A stretch of DNA of 64,000 nucleotides from contig DHFO01000047.1 in the NCBI GenBank assembly GCA_002402295.1, positions 15,327 through 79,326 on the forward strand. The letters are read 5' to 3'. Position numbers and translations under genes: made by a program. The stretch's first letter is position 1; every line of letters begins with the position of its first letter. This DNA is from Caldiserica bacterium UBA4822 (lineage in GTDB: Bacteria; Caldisericota; Caldisericia; Cryosericales; Cryosericaceae). The notes beneath the pieces are model-generated. The model saw only the letters and a program-made list of their open reading frames with translations, did not search any database and was not told where the DNA came from. This document shows, piece after piece, positions 30,187 through 40,303 of this stretch.

Positions 30187-32256
30187 TCACACCTCCCAGT
30201 GTCGGAGATCGTAGTCCGGTCCAGGCAGGAGAACGGAGAGCGTTCCCCGGCTGGGTATGCTCGCTATAAGGCGTCCGCCACCAAGAACAAGAATAGTGAG
30301 TTCAATCTGCTCGCCGGGTGTAGCCAGCAGTGCTGCAAATGGCAATCCGAACTGAAGCGTATCCAGAAGCTCCCAGCGGAAGCTGGTCTCAGGTTCTGAC
30401 CAGGCGGAGACCTGGTCGTGGTGTTTCTGTATGACGAAGTGGGTCAAGCGAGCTGCTGTCTGAATGCGAATTTCAACCCGGAAATCCTCTGTGGCAGAAA
30501 CACTGTCATGGAACTTCAGGAGCACGTACAGTGTCGTCCTGCCGCACCCGATGTGGACTGACGATACAGCCGCGATTCCGAACGTCATAGCCCCTGTTCC
30601 ACTGACGGCCGGCACTTTGCAGGAAGAAGCCCAATCGAGATAGCGGACGGGACCCCCATCAACAGGCGGCTCCATGATTGCAATCGGGTCAAGGACAACG
30701 CTGGAGGGACTATCGCCGGCCACGGGCCGCAGGAGCAGGTCCGGAACTGTCCTGCCAGCTTGTGTGTAGACATTGATTAAGTGTCGGCGGTAAAGGTCAT
30801 CAAACTGAGCAGCCACGTCCGAGGTACGGTCTCTGCCATACCACCAGTTCCAGTCGGATCCTTCGGCTGCCATCAGGGATATGCGTGAACTTGTCTGCTC
30901 GTCAGCAGTGAACTTTTCCCAGTCATCTCGCGTTGTGCGCAGGTACTGCCAGGAACTGTTGTCCTCCTGGTCTCCGATCCAGACCTTGAAATCGCCGTCT
31001 ATCCAGGATCCGGGCCGGATAGTGGGGAGGGGCAGCGGAGGTACGTCTGCAAGCGCTTCGCTCACGGTTGTCAGCCGAATGCCCGGCTCCGTGACAAGAG
31101 TGTTGTACAGCAGACGGAGAAAAGAGGCTCCACCTCCAGGATAGAACTCCCAGGCGTTTTCACCGTCCATGATGATGGAAAGCACACCGGGTTCACTCAG
31201 GCCGTCGCGAATTGTACGCACGTGTTCCATGAACTGCGCCACAGAATCTTCCTCTCTCATGGACGCATACTGAAAGCCAATTGCGTCCGAGAGACCTCTG
31301 TCACGAAACAGCATCGACAGACTGTTCGCCGTCGTCTTCGTTACATACGGCTTGTACAACGTGGAACGCGGTGCTCCGTGCAGCTCGCGGAGCAGTATAG
31401 TCTCGTCCGTTGCCGCCCACGAGAAACCAGACCGGGTGATCTGGTCGAGCGCTTCGGTTGATACGCTGCCTTCGGATGGCCAGCATCCATAGATGGGTAG
31501 CCCAAGCAGGTGCTCAATGTAGGTTTTCCCCATCTCTAACTGAAGCAGCGAGTCCTCGGGGCGCCGGAAAGCCGGATGGGGGAGGGGTGTCCGCTGGACA
31601 GCGGCTGCCGTATCAGTATCGATGAGCAGCGGCAGAATCGGGTGAGCAAAGGGAGACGTTGCAACTTCAACCTGGCCAGTCCGCGCAAGCCGCCCGAGTC
31701 GTGGAAGAAATCCCTGTACCTGATTGGCCTGGGCCAGCACCAGTGCTTGTCGGTCCTGCTGCGAAAAGTGTGCAGGATGAGCCTGCCCGGTGTCTGTACC
31801 CGTTCCCTCACTGTAGGTCCAGCTTCTCGTGAACAGGCACTGCAGGTCCAGAAGATCCTGGTCAGACCACGTTGTGGCATCCTCATCTCTACGACTTGCC
31901 AGGTTTTGGTACAGCTCATCCTGCTCGATGACCCTGTTCGGGTTCACATCGAAGAAGTGTTTTACAAGGTCTCGCTTCTGGTCGGGAGAGAGGGATGACA
32001 CGTCAGTGCTGGCCAGCTGCCACCAGTCGTCGGTGCACTCCTTTCTCGCATAGGCGTCGATCTGATACGCCAGCACGGGCGTCAGATTGATGGTGACATG
32101 AGCGTGTGGCTGTTCCTCCAGCAGGGCAACCATCATCGCATAGTTGCGCGCACAGTGCAGTCTGACCCATGGCAGGACAGAGCGTGCGGTTGCAAGGTCT
32201 ATGTAGAGCGGCTGGTGAAAGTGCCAAACCAGGCAGACATCAAGCTGTGGGGACAT
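30187..32256 (-). CDS. GH57 amylopullulanase-like glycoside hydrolase
   Basis: HFHQP, HPILPLL, WPSEGSVS, DGENAWE and AEGSDW motifs. Confidence 0.88.
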   Translation of the reverse strand: MSPQLDVCLVWHFHQPLYIDLATARSVLPWVRLHCARNYAMMVALLEEQPHAHVTINLTPVLAYQIDAYARKECTDDWWQLASTDVSSLSPDQKRDLVKHFFDVNPNRVIEQDELYQNLASRRDEDATTWSDQDLLDLQCLFTRSWTYSEGTGTDTGQAHPAHFSQQDRQALVLAQANQVQGFLPRLGRLARTGQVEVATSPFAHPILPLLIDTDTAAAVQRTPLPHPAFRRPEDSLLQLEMGKTYIEHLLGLPIYGCWPSEGSVSTEALDQITRSGFSWAATDETILLRELHGAPRSTLYKPYVTKTTANSLSMLFRDRGLSDAIGFQYASMREEDSVAQFMEHVRTIRDGLSEPGVLSIIMDGENAWEFYPGGGASFLRLLYNTLVTEPGIRLTTVSEALADVPPLPLPTIRPGSWIDGDFKVWIGDQEDNSSWQYLRTTRDDWEKFTADEQTSSRISLMAAEGSDWNWWYGRDRTSDVAAQFDDLYRRHLINVYTQAGRTVPDLLLRPVAGDSPSSVVLDPIAIMEPPVDGGPVRYLDWASSCKVPAVSGTGAMTFGIAAVSSVHIGCGRTTLYVLLKFHDSVSATEDFRVEIRIQTAARLTHFVIQKHHDQVSAWSEPETSFRWELLDTLQFGLPFAALLATPGEQIELTILVLGGGRLIASIPSRGTLSVLLPGPDYDLRHWEV

Positions 32257-32313
32257 GCATGTCTTCCTTTCATGCCGTGTGGAAGTGACGAACCACAGGA
32301 ACTCCTCAAGGCC

Positions 32314-33612
32314 TTAGCCGAAATACTGCTGTAGCATCTTTGTCGTGACTCCTCCGTTCTTGGCGATGTCACCGTAAAACCATCCGCTGGTCCGTACACT
32401 GCGCTCCAGTGTCGATGGATCGACGGCAATCAAGCCAAATCTGGCACTCAACCCTTCCAGCCACTCGAACCCGTCGAGGAGAGACCAATAATAGTACCGC
32501 TGCACGTCCACACCGTCCTCTAGCAACTGATGAACCTGCCAGAGGTGCTTATAGATAAAGTCAGCGCGAAAAGCGTCAGTCGCATCTGCCGTGCCGTTTT
32601 CCATGATAAAGACAGGAATATGATACCGGTCCCAGTACCTCCTGCACACCCGATAGAGGCCCTCCGGATAGATTTCCCAGCCCAGGTTACTGGTAGGAGC
32701 TCCATCGCGTACCTCGCGCCTGCCCAGGGGAGCAGCCGGAGCATCGGCGCAGTTCACGATGTCTCTCGTGTAGTAGTTGACCCCAAAGAAATCGCAGTAC
32801 CGTCCCTCGCCCAGAGGATAGCCGGAGCCAAGCGGCTGTAGCAGTCTGCCCTCGCACATTCCACTGACAAACAGCTCCTGAAACAACCTGTCCGAGATCG
32901 CTGCTGCGCGCCGCTCGTGGCCCGTGCCGTGTTTTGGATCAAATGGTCGCAGGTGGAGGGCAGTTCCCACTGAGGTGTTCTGGTATCCTGCTGCTGCCCG
33001 GACCTGGTGCAACTTGCGATAAGCGCGGATGTGGGCTGCTATCATGGTGCGGGCTGCCCTCAGGTAGCGGGTCAGTCCGACCTCGTTGGGCGGCCAGCCG
33101 CCGATAAGATATGCCTGAGCCAGGTACTGGTTTGGCGCATTGATGGTGCACCAGTCGCTGACCAGATCTCCGAGGTTTTCGACCACGTAGGTGGTGTAGC
33201 CCTCGAACCAGTCTGCAGCCTCCGGATTGAGCCAACCACCGGCGTCCTCTACCCAAAGCGGGTTGGTGAAGTAGTGCAGGGTAACGAGCGGCCTGATCCC
33301 TGTAGCCACCAGCATCTCGAGTTCTCTCCGGTAATGCTGCATAGCATGACTGTCAAAGTGGCCCTGTTCTGGTTCTATTCTGCTCCATTCCAGGCTCATG
33401 CGGTAGGTCTGGAGATGAAGCTGCTGCATTAGTGCAATGTCCTCTGGGAAGCGGTTCCAGTGGTCGGCAGCAATAAAAGAGGTCGTGCCGTCTTTGACGT
33501 GGCCCGTCTGACCCCAGCGATACCAACTGTTGTTTCTGTCTCCACCCTCTATCTGGAGCGACGACGTGGCGGTTCCAAGCAGAAAACCCTTGGGCAGCGC
33601 AAATATCTCCAT
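32314..33612 (-). CDS. GH1 beta-glycosidase homolog with substituted acid/base residue
   Basis: GTATSSLQIEG, YRMSLEWSRI and IMENG nucleophile; TINAP replaces TxNEP. Confidence 0.88.
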   Translation of the reverse strand: MEIFALPKGFLLGTATSSLQIEGGDRNNSWYRWGQTGHVKDGTTSFIAADHWNRFPEDIALMQQLHLQTYRMSLEWSRIEPEQGHFDSHAMQHYRRELEMLVATGIRPLVTLHYFTNPLWVEDAGGWLNPEAADWFEGYTTYVVENLGDLVSDWCTINAPNQYLAQAYLIGGWPPNEVGLTRYLRAARTMIAAHIRAYRKLHQVRAAAGYQNTSVGTALHLRPFDPKHGTGHERRAAAISDRLFQELFVSGMCEGRLLQPLGSGYPLGEGRYCDFFGVNYYTRDIVNCADAPAAPLGRREVRDGAPTSNLGWEIYPEGLYRVCRRYWDRYHIPVFIMENGTADATDAFRADFIYKHLWQVHQLLEDGVDVQRYYYWSLLDGFEWLEGLSARFGLIAVDPSTLERSVRTSGWFYGDIAKNGGVTTKMLQQYFG

Positions 33613-33723
33613 CGTGCAACCTCCTTGTCAGGAACAGCTACTACTATCAGTATGCCTGAATCGAGGTCGCGCGCAACGATGCCAGCTTTTATACTCCCTG
33701 CTAGTGGAAGAACACCGGTTGCT

Positions 33724-34935
33724 TCACAGGAAGAAACAGCAGGTGCGAGAAGACGTGGAGCCGCTAGACGCTCCTGTAACCTCGTGCACGCCGTCGCTCG
33801 TCTGTACGGCGTAGAACGCTGGCTCCAGCCCTGTGGCTTCGATGTAGCGGGATCGCACCTGCTGTGTAAAGGCATCAACAGAGCCAGAGCGCACGAGAGC
33901 AAGCGCACACCCGCCGAACCCTGCGCCCGTCATACGTGCACCGAGGCATCCCGGTGCTTCCTGTGCGGCTGCAACAATGGTGTCCAGATGGAATCCACTG
34001 ACTTCATAGTCGTCTCGCAGGGACGCATGAGACTCATTGAGGAGTTGGCCAAACGCCAGCAGGTTTCCTTCTGCCAGCTCCCGTACTGCTTGCGTGACCC
34101 GAGCTTGCTCGGTGATGACATGACGTGCACGACGCAGCAGAACAGGGTCTTCGACGCAGGATGCTACATCGTTCCACTCTGCATGCGCGAGGCCTTGAGG
34201 AGGAGCCCTGGTCCCTAGCAGAGCGATGACGCGGTCACACTCCGTGCGGCGTTCGTTATACTTGGAATCCGTCAGACGCCGTGCTTTTCGAGTATCCATG
34301 ATAAGCAGTGTACAATCGCCCAGTCGGACGGGGACATACTGGTACTCTAACGATCCACAGTCCAGCAGCAAGGCACAGTGGTGCTTTCCCAGGGCGACCG
34401 AGAACTGGTCCATGATCCCTGAATTGACACCAATGAAGGTATTCTCGGCTGTCTGGCATAGGAGGGCTACCATCTTCAGGTCAACGGCAGTGTTTCCAGC
34501 CAGTGTGAGCAGAAGGAACGCAGTAAGCACCTCAATGGCTGCGGAAGATGACAAACCCGCGCCTTGTGGCAGCGTTGTCGTAAACAGTACGTCAGTTCCC
34601 TGCAGGGGCACATCCCGGACGAGCAGCTCACGGACAATACCTGCAGGATAGTTGCCCCAGCCACGCGTACAGTCCGGTTCGATGAGCTCGTCAAGCTGCA
34701 CTGTGGTCACGAGAGGCTCCCCGGCCGAGGCGAAGTGAATGATGCGATCGCGTCGAGGGCGACACGTGGCTGTGATGCCCAGCGAAATGGCAGCTGGCAT
34801 GACGAGGCCCCCGTTGTAGTCGATATGCTCACCAATAAGGTTTACCCTGCCAGGTCCGAAGAACTGTCGGATACTCGTGTCGCTGTCACCGTACATGTCG
34901 GTGAATCTGGCGATATCATTCCGGGCCAGCGTCAT
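33724..34935 (-). CDS. galK: Galactokinase
   Basis: GRVNLIGEHIDY, GAGLSSSA, GIMDQF and GARMTGAGFGG motifs. Confidence 0.95.
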   Translation of the reverse strand: MTLARNDIARFTDMYGDSDTSIRQFFGPGRVNLIGEHIDYNGGLVMPAAISLGITATCRPRRDRIIHFASAGEPLVTTVQLDELIEPDCTRGWGNYPAGIVRELLVRDVPLQGTDVLFTTTLPQGAGLSSSAAIEVLTAFLLLTLAGNTAVDLKMVALLCQTAENTFIGVNSGIMDQFSVALGKHHCALLLDCGSLEYQYVPVRLGDCTLLIMDTRKARRLTDSKYNERRTECDRVIALLGTRAPPQGLAHAEWNDVASCVEDPVLLRRARHVITEQARVTQAVRELAEGNLLAFGQLLNESHASLRDDYEVSGFHLDTIVAAAQEAPGCLGARMTGAGFGGCALALVRSGSVDAFTQQVRSRYIEATGLEPAFYAVQTSDGVHEVTGASSGSTSSRTCCFFL

Positions 34936-35921
34936 GATTCCCTGTGAGCCTCAGCAAATACCTGACAAGCTTGGGCGAGCAGCGGGGCGGTGTCTTCTAC
35001 CCGGAGAGGATTAGTCGCCGCCCAGGCACCCATCTCCGATGACGCATAGTACTTAACTGCTGTCGCGCTGCGAAGTGGCGGATAGAACTCGATGTGGAAG
35101 TGGTAATACAGGTCACAGCCTTCGTCCTCTGGACTGTTCACTGGTGTCTGGTGAACGCACATCATGTAGGGAAAATGCCTGGCAAACAGAAGATCGAATC
35201 CTCCCGTGAGGGTTTTGAGCATGCGGGCGAGGTCTACGCGTTCGCTGTCCGAGAAGTCCAGGAACGAACCTCGATGTGCACTGCTGGACACGAACACCCC
35301 GTACGGGTAGTCGGTAAACGAGGGAATATACGCAATGAAACTCTCGTTCTGAAGGATCAGGCGACGACCATCGGTCAGCTCGTCGTGGGCGAGGTCACAG
35401 AACAGGCAGGTTCCATGGTCGTGGTACCACATCCTGGCGTTCTCGAGTTCTGTGCGCACCTTCAGTGGAACATATGGAAATGCGTAGATTTGTCCATGTG
35501 GATGATTCATTGTTGTACCCACTTCTTCTCCGCGATTCTCGAAAGGATAGATGTAGCGGATGCGCGGATTGGCAGAAAGGACCCGCTGTCGCTGCGTCCA
35601 CAACTCGACTAGTCTGGTGATGTGGGGCACACTGAGGTCGTAGAGGTTCGCATCGTGCTGCGGGCTGTACAAGATGACCTCGCACTTGCCGTAGTTGGGG
35701 GCCACGGGAGACAGGTCTGTTCCAACGGGGTCCGGTTCTCCAGGGTCCAATCGGAGAGCAGGGAAGTCATTGTCATACTCCATGACGTCATACGTGTCGG
35801 GGACCCTGCCTGATCCCGGGCAGAAAGGGCACGCCTCAGAACTCAGGTTGGGTCGGTCCTGTCTGTTGCTCGCGACAATAGTCCAAGTGCGCAGCAATGG
35901 GTTCCACCGCAGTTCAGCCAT
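34932..35921 (-). CDS. galT: Galactose-1-phosphate uridylyltransferase
   Basis: ELRWNP, CPFCPG, FENRG and HPHGQ motifs; coupled to galK. Confidence 0.9.
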   Translation of the reverse strand: MAELRWNPLLRTWTIVASNRQDRPNLSSEACPFCPGSGRVPDTYDVMEYDNDFPALRLDPGEPDPVGTDLSPVAPNYGKCEVILYSPQHDANLYDLSVPHITRLVELWTQRQRVLSANPRIRYIYPFENRGEEVGTTMNHPHGQIYAFPYVPLKVRTELENARMWYHDHGTCLFCDLAHDELTDGRRLILQNESFIAYIPSFTDYPYGVFVSSSAHRGSFLDFSDSERVDLARMLKTLTGGFDLLFARHFPYMMCVHQTPVNSPEDEGCDLYYHFHIEFYPPLRSATAVKYYASSEMGAWAATNPLRVEDTAPLLAQACQVFAEAHRES

Positions 35922-36073
35922 GACACTCCTCCAGTCTTCCCACACGAGTGGCGCCGATCTCTTCTGAAGCAGTATATGCCAACCTCCTCACACGCATAGC
36001 AGTGCTGCCGCTCCGTTGTTCCGTGACGCGTCCCCGCTATACTCATACCTGGGCTGGGCCAATGGAGGCAAGT

Positions 36074-37057
36074 ATGGATGGAAGAGTTCTCGTCACAGGC
36101 GGTGCGGGATACATAGGTTCTCACACGGTACGACGTCTACTCCAGAACGGCTACAAGGTTGTGGTGCTCGACAACCTTTCAAAAGGACACACCTGGGCTG
36201 TTCCTCTCGAGGTGCCACTCGTCATCGGAGATATTGCCGATATTGGTCTGGTGGCCCAGACGATACGGCAGTTGGGCGTCACAAGTGTCATTCACTTTGC
36301 GGCATTCAGCCTGGTCGGCGAGTCCATGAGCGACCCGCGCGCGTACTACAGCAACAACGTGGCTGGGACTCTGCGGCTTCTGGATGCCATGAGAGTAACC
36401 GGTACCAGTTGCATCGTGTTCTCAAGCACCGCTGCCGTCTACGGTGAGCCGGCGCGGGTTCCCATTGATGAGGACAGTGTTCTCCACCCGACAAGCGTCT
36501 ATGGCAGGACAAAGCTTGCGATTGAAGGAATGCTGGAGGACTATGCTGCCGCCTATGGCCTGCGCTACATATCCCTGAGGTACTTCAACGCTGCGGGAGC
36601 AGACCCGGGTGGGGGCATCGGGGAAGTTCACAATCCGGAGACACATCTGATACCGCTTGTACTCCAGGCGGCTAGCGGCAGACGGCCGTTTGTGGAAGTG
36701 TTCGGCACAGATTATGCAACTGCGGACGGTACGTGCATACGGGACTACATCCATGTAAGCGACCTGGCGGATGCTCACATCCTGGCTCTCCAGTCATTGG
36801 ACAAACAGCAGAAGGGGGTCTACAACCTGGGCAGCAGCCAGGGATTTTCTGTCCGACAGATTGTCAGCACAGCAGAAGGAGTAGTCGGACACCCCATACC
36901 TGTGGTCGAATCCGGACGTCGCTCTGGCGACCCGGCAGTGCTTGTAGCCAGCAATGTGCGGGCCCGGGCTGAATTGGGCTGGAACCCCTCCATGACGGAC
37001 CTCGAAATGATTCTTCGAACGGCGTGGGAATGGGAGCAGAACCGGCCCCGCACATAG
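36074..37057 (+). CDS. galE: UDP-glucose 4-epimerase
   Basis: GGAGYIGS, FSSTAAVY, YxxxK, LRYFN and DGTCIRDYIHV motifs. Confidence 0.95.
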   Translation: MDGRVLVTGGAGYIGSHTVRRLLQNGYKVVVLDNLSKGHTWAVPLEVPLVIGDIADIGLVAQTIRQLGVTSVIHFAAFSLVGESMSDPRAYYSNNVAGTLRLLDAMRVTGTSCIVFSSTAAVYGEPARVPIDEDSVLHPTSVYGRTKLAIEGMLEDYAAAYGLRYISLRYFNAAGADPGGGIGEVHNPETHLIPLVLQAASGRRPFVEVFGTDYATADGTCIRDYIHVSDLADAHILALQSLDKQQKGVYNLGSSQGFSVRQIVSTAEGVVGHPIPVVESGRRSGDPAVLVASNVRARAELGWNPSMTDLEMILRTAWEWEQNRPRT

Positions 37058-37091
37058 CCATGTGTTTCCAGGAGCGCCGCTGCCAGGGCCT

Positions 37092-37119
37092 TTGACGCGA
37101 AAAGGTGCTATCGTAGAAT
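37092..37119 (+). promoter_or_regulatory. sigma70-like promoter candidate for the Na/Pi cotransporter
   Basis: TTGACG-16bp-TAGAAT upstream of a GGAGG RBS. Confidence 0.5.
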
Positions 37120-37171
37120 ACTAGCGTTGTTCCTTGCAGGCGCACTCGAAAACTGAATTCCGGAGGTTCGT

Positions 37172-38791
37172 ATGCCTGGCAGCCAGTATGTGACGTTGGC
37201 CATGAATCTTGTAATTGGACTGTCCTTCTTCCTGTACGGCATGAAACTGCTCGGGGATGGTCTGCAGAAGGCTGCCGGGGATTCATTGAGACGCGTCCTT
37301 CAGGCGCTTACCAACAAACCTATACGTGGCGTGCTGGTCGGGATGGTGGTTACTGGCATCATCCAGAGCAGCAGCGCGACAACGGTGATGGTTGTGGGCT
37401 TCGCCAACGCTGGACTCATGACGCTGAAGCAGGCCATGGGTGTCATTTTTGGCGCGAACGTCGGCACAACGATTACCGCCCAGATTATTGTGCTCAAGCT
37501 GGACAGACTGGTATGGCTGTTCATGCTCATTGGCGTAATGATGGAGTTCTTCGTCAAGCGCAAGACGAGCAAGGCAATCGGAGAGGCGATCCTCGGCTTT
37601 GGAATCCTTTTCTTCGGGCTCTACTTCATGTCTGACACGCTCTTGCCCCTGAAAGACAACCAGGCGTTCATCGACTTTCTGACACGATTCGGGCAGGTTC
37701 CATTCCTCGGGGTTGTAGCTGGTGCAATATTCACCGCGCTGATTCAGAGTTCGTCAGTCACCACAAGCCTCGTGGTTGCACTTGCCATGAAGAACATGGT
37801 TACTCTTCCGTCTTCCATTGCATTGATTCTTGGAGCCAACATTGGAACAACTGTCACCGCTGGCTTGGCAAGCCTTGGGGGCAATATTACCAGCAAGAGA
37901 GCCGCGCTGACCCACTTCCTGTTCAATGTCATGGGTACGGTCATCATGTTTCCCTTCCTGAAACCGTTTGCACGTCTGGTACAGCTAGGTGCGTCAACAC
38001 TACCGCACCAGGTTGCCAACGCGCACACGCTGTTCAATGTTCTGATGATGAGCATCGCTGTTATCCTGATCAACCCATTTGAGAAACTGGTCGTACATCT
38101 GCTACCCTCGACAGAGAAAGAAGCGGAGAGCAGGGTGGTGCACTATATTGATGACCGCGTGCTGGTAACCCCGTCAGTTGCTCTTTCGCAGGCCACCCAG
38201 GAGCTGTACCGCATGGGACGGGTAACCTATGAGATGGTCAACGACTGTAGAACAGCCCTCTTTGACAATCGCATGAGCCTGCTGGAAACCGTTCTTGTGA
38301 ACGAGGATCTCGTCAACTCCATGCAGAAGGAGATAACCGCATACCTGACGAAGATTACTGAGCATGACCTGTCAGAGGCGCAGGGCACCCGTGTCATGGC
38401 CCTCATGCATGCTGTCAACGACATCGAACGTGTGGGTGACCATGCGACGAACCTCGTGGAACTCATCCAGATCAAGGATGACAAGCGTCTCAAGTTCAAC
38501 GCAGGAACAATCGAGGATCTCAAGGCGGAGTTCGAACATGTACTCAATACTCTGGACGAGGCCATGACTGCACTTCGCGACTACGACGTCGACCGGGCGC
38601 ATCGCGTCAAGGAGATGGAGGACCGGTGCGACGTCATGACCAAGGAGTGCATGTCTCGCAATATCTCGCGGCTGAATGCACATGAAACCGGCCCTCAGGT
38701 CGGCGTTGTCGTGGTTGACCTGTTTACAAATCTGGAGCGTGTGTCGGACCACGCGGACAACATCGCAGATGTTGTCCTGGGAGTGTACTAG
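37172..38791 (+). CDS. Na+/phosphate cotransporter with C-terminal PhoU domains
   Basis: Two QSSS repeats with GANxGTT; ERVGDHA and ERVSDHA PhoU motifs. Confidence 0.93.
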   Translation: MPGSQYVTLAMNLVIGLSFFLYGMKLLGDGLQKAAGDSLRRVLQALTNKPIRGVLVGMVVTGIIQSSSATTVMVVGFANAGLMTLKQAMGVIFGANVGTTITAQIIVLKLDRLVWLFMLIGVMMEFFVKRKTSKAIGEAILGFGILFFGLYFMSDTLLPLKDNQAFIDFLTRFGQVPFLGVVAGAIFTALIQSSSVTTSLVVALAMKNMVTLPSSIALILGANIGTTVTAGLASLGGNITSKRAALTHFLFNVMGTVIMFPFLKPFARLVQLGASTLPHQVANAHTLFNVLMMSIAVILINPFEKLVVHLLPSTEKEAESRVVHYIDDRVLVTPSVALSQATQELYRMGRVTYEMVNDCRTALFDNRMSLLETVLVNEDLVNSMQKEITAYLTKITEHDLSEAQGTRVMALMHAVNDIERVGDHATNLVELIQIKDDKRLKFNAGTIEDLKAEFEHVLNTLDEAMTALRDYDVDRAHRVKEMEDRCDVMTKECMSRNISRLNAHETGPQVGVVVVDLFTNLERVSDHADNIADVVLGVY

Positions 38792-38794
38792 AAC

Positions 38795-39407
38795 CCGTGT
38801 TTCGGAGGTCCGTGCTGGGAGCGTTGCTGCTGGATAAACGGTCAGTAACGTTCCCATGACGAGAAACAGGTCCGCGTCCTAGGCTTCGTCCACCCTCGAG
38901 ACTGGCTCGCCGTAGGACATAATATTAGGCTTGAGGACACCTCCGCACGTGTCACAGCGAGGTATCCGGGAACTCTGTAGCTTGTCCTTGAGTTCGAGGT
39001 ACGACTAGTCCCTTCGGCAGGTTCTGCAGTGCGCATGCTGGAAACTGCCATGAATCTCAAGAACGTTGACGCCGCCGGACTTCTGATGAAGTCCGTCGGT
39101 ATTGTGCGTAATGACTGCGGCCACACGGCCTTGGTGTTCGAGTTCTGCCGGAAATCTATGAGCTCGGGTCGGTTGTGCGTGGTCGCACAGGGGAATGAAG
39201 TCATGCACAAACCCGAAGAAACGGGAAGGGTTTCTGTCGAACCACTCAACGGCGAACGCCCCCGTCCGAGTCATAGGCGCGTGTTGTGTAGATGCCATGG
39301 GGTCCTCGGAAGTCCGGGATGCCGGAGGCTGTAGAAGTCTCTGCTCCGGTTAGCACAACCGCATGAGTGGGGCGGCGAATGAGTTCAGCAAGTTCTCCTG
39401 CCGTCAT
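38795..39407 (-). pseudogene. Sir2/CobB sirtuin pseudogene
   Basis: Manual translation from ATG 39407: [19 protein letters not shown], frameshift near the G5 run (39259-39263), ITHNTDGLHQK..EIHG..CRTC, TAG (39005-39007), RCDTCGGVLKP, TAG (38879-38881), DLFLVMGTLLTVYPAATLP; 3' end runs into the convergent gene. Confidence 0.85.
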
Positions 39408-40303
39408 TGGCGTAGCTTTCTTGGATCTGTTTCCGTAGAGTGTTGCGCGCCAGTAGGGAGGAGCATGGTCTGAAGGTCTCGTGCATTCCTGACCGCCTGG
39501 CCGCGATGGCAGTTGTTGGTCATGATGAACATGCGGGTGGCATGTGCGGCCATGGCCCTGATCGATGGCAGCAACTCAGCGAGTTCTTCATGGGTGTACA
39601 GATAGTCATAGCGCTCTTCGCGACTTGCTCCGAACCAGTTGGGGTTGCGCCCGTGCAGTCTAAGATACGCGGTATCGGTCGTCACCGCGGGCACGAGTGG
39701 CGGCAGGTTGCGCACTTGGGGTTCGTCAACAGCTACATAGCCAAGATGTTCATGCTTCAGGAATGCGACTGCTTCAGGAACATGCCAGCTGCGGTCACGG
39801 AACTCAATCGATAAGGGGTACTGAGGCAACAACTGAGGAACTGCCGTCAGAAATGCTCGGTTTTCCGCTGTGTCTCGGAACCATGGTGGAAACTGGAGGA
39901 CGACCGAGCCCAGGCGTCCGGCGTCGGCAAGGGGCACCAGAGCTTCCCAGAAGGCCACAAAACTGGAGGAGATGGCCGGGATGCTCTTGAGGCCTGACGC
40001 AAGGTCAGGGAGTGGGGGCATTCCTGGTCGTGCTGGCCTGGTGTCGTTCCACAGGTCGTGAGTCATGCTTCGGTGGGCTTTGATGGTAAGAAGGAACTGC
40101 TGGGGTGTCTTCTGCAGGAGTACCTGCACAAGAGGCACAGTAGGCATGTGATAGAAGCTGCTGTCGAGCTCTACGGTGTTGAAACCGAGTGTACGGGCGT
40201 AGTAGACGAGGTACATGGAGGGGCGCAGGTTGACTGGATACACCGCACCTTTCCAGTCCGGGAATGAATAACCGCATGTGCCGATGTAGAGTTCAGCGGT
40301 CAC
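39404..40303 (-). CDS. DUF72 (YecE-like) TIM-barrel protein
   Basis: [36 protein letters not shown] and YDYLY motifs. Confidence 0.9.
   Translation of the reverse strand: MTAELYIGTCGYSFPDWKGAVYPVNLRPSMYLVYYARTLGFNTVELDSSFYHMPTVPLVQVLLQKTPQQFLLTIKAHRSMTHDLWNDTRPARPGMPPLPDLASGLKSIPAISSSFVAFWEALVPLADAGRLGSVVLQFPPWFRDTAENRAFLTAVPQLLPQYPLSIEFRDRSWHVPEAVAFLKHEHLGYVAVDEPQVRNLPPLVPAVTTDTAYLRLHGRNPNWFGASREERYDYLYTHEELAELLPSIRAMAAHATRMFIMTNNCHRGQAVRNARDLQTMLLPTGAQHSTETDPRKLRQ

Noticed and set aside
38879-39007. Two in-frame TAG codons in the sirtuin as amber recoding or pyrrolysine
   Set aside because: The gene also has a frameshift and damaged motifs, and TAG ends normal genes in this window (4028, 12966, 38791)
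38795-39407. Sir2-type antiphage defence system (Thoeris, DSR, Sir2-HerA)
   Set aside because: It is a short Zn-binding CobB-like deacylase remnant with no TIR, HerA or pAgo partner
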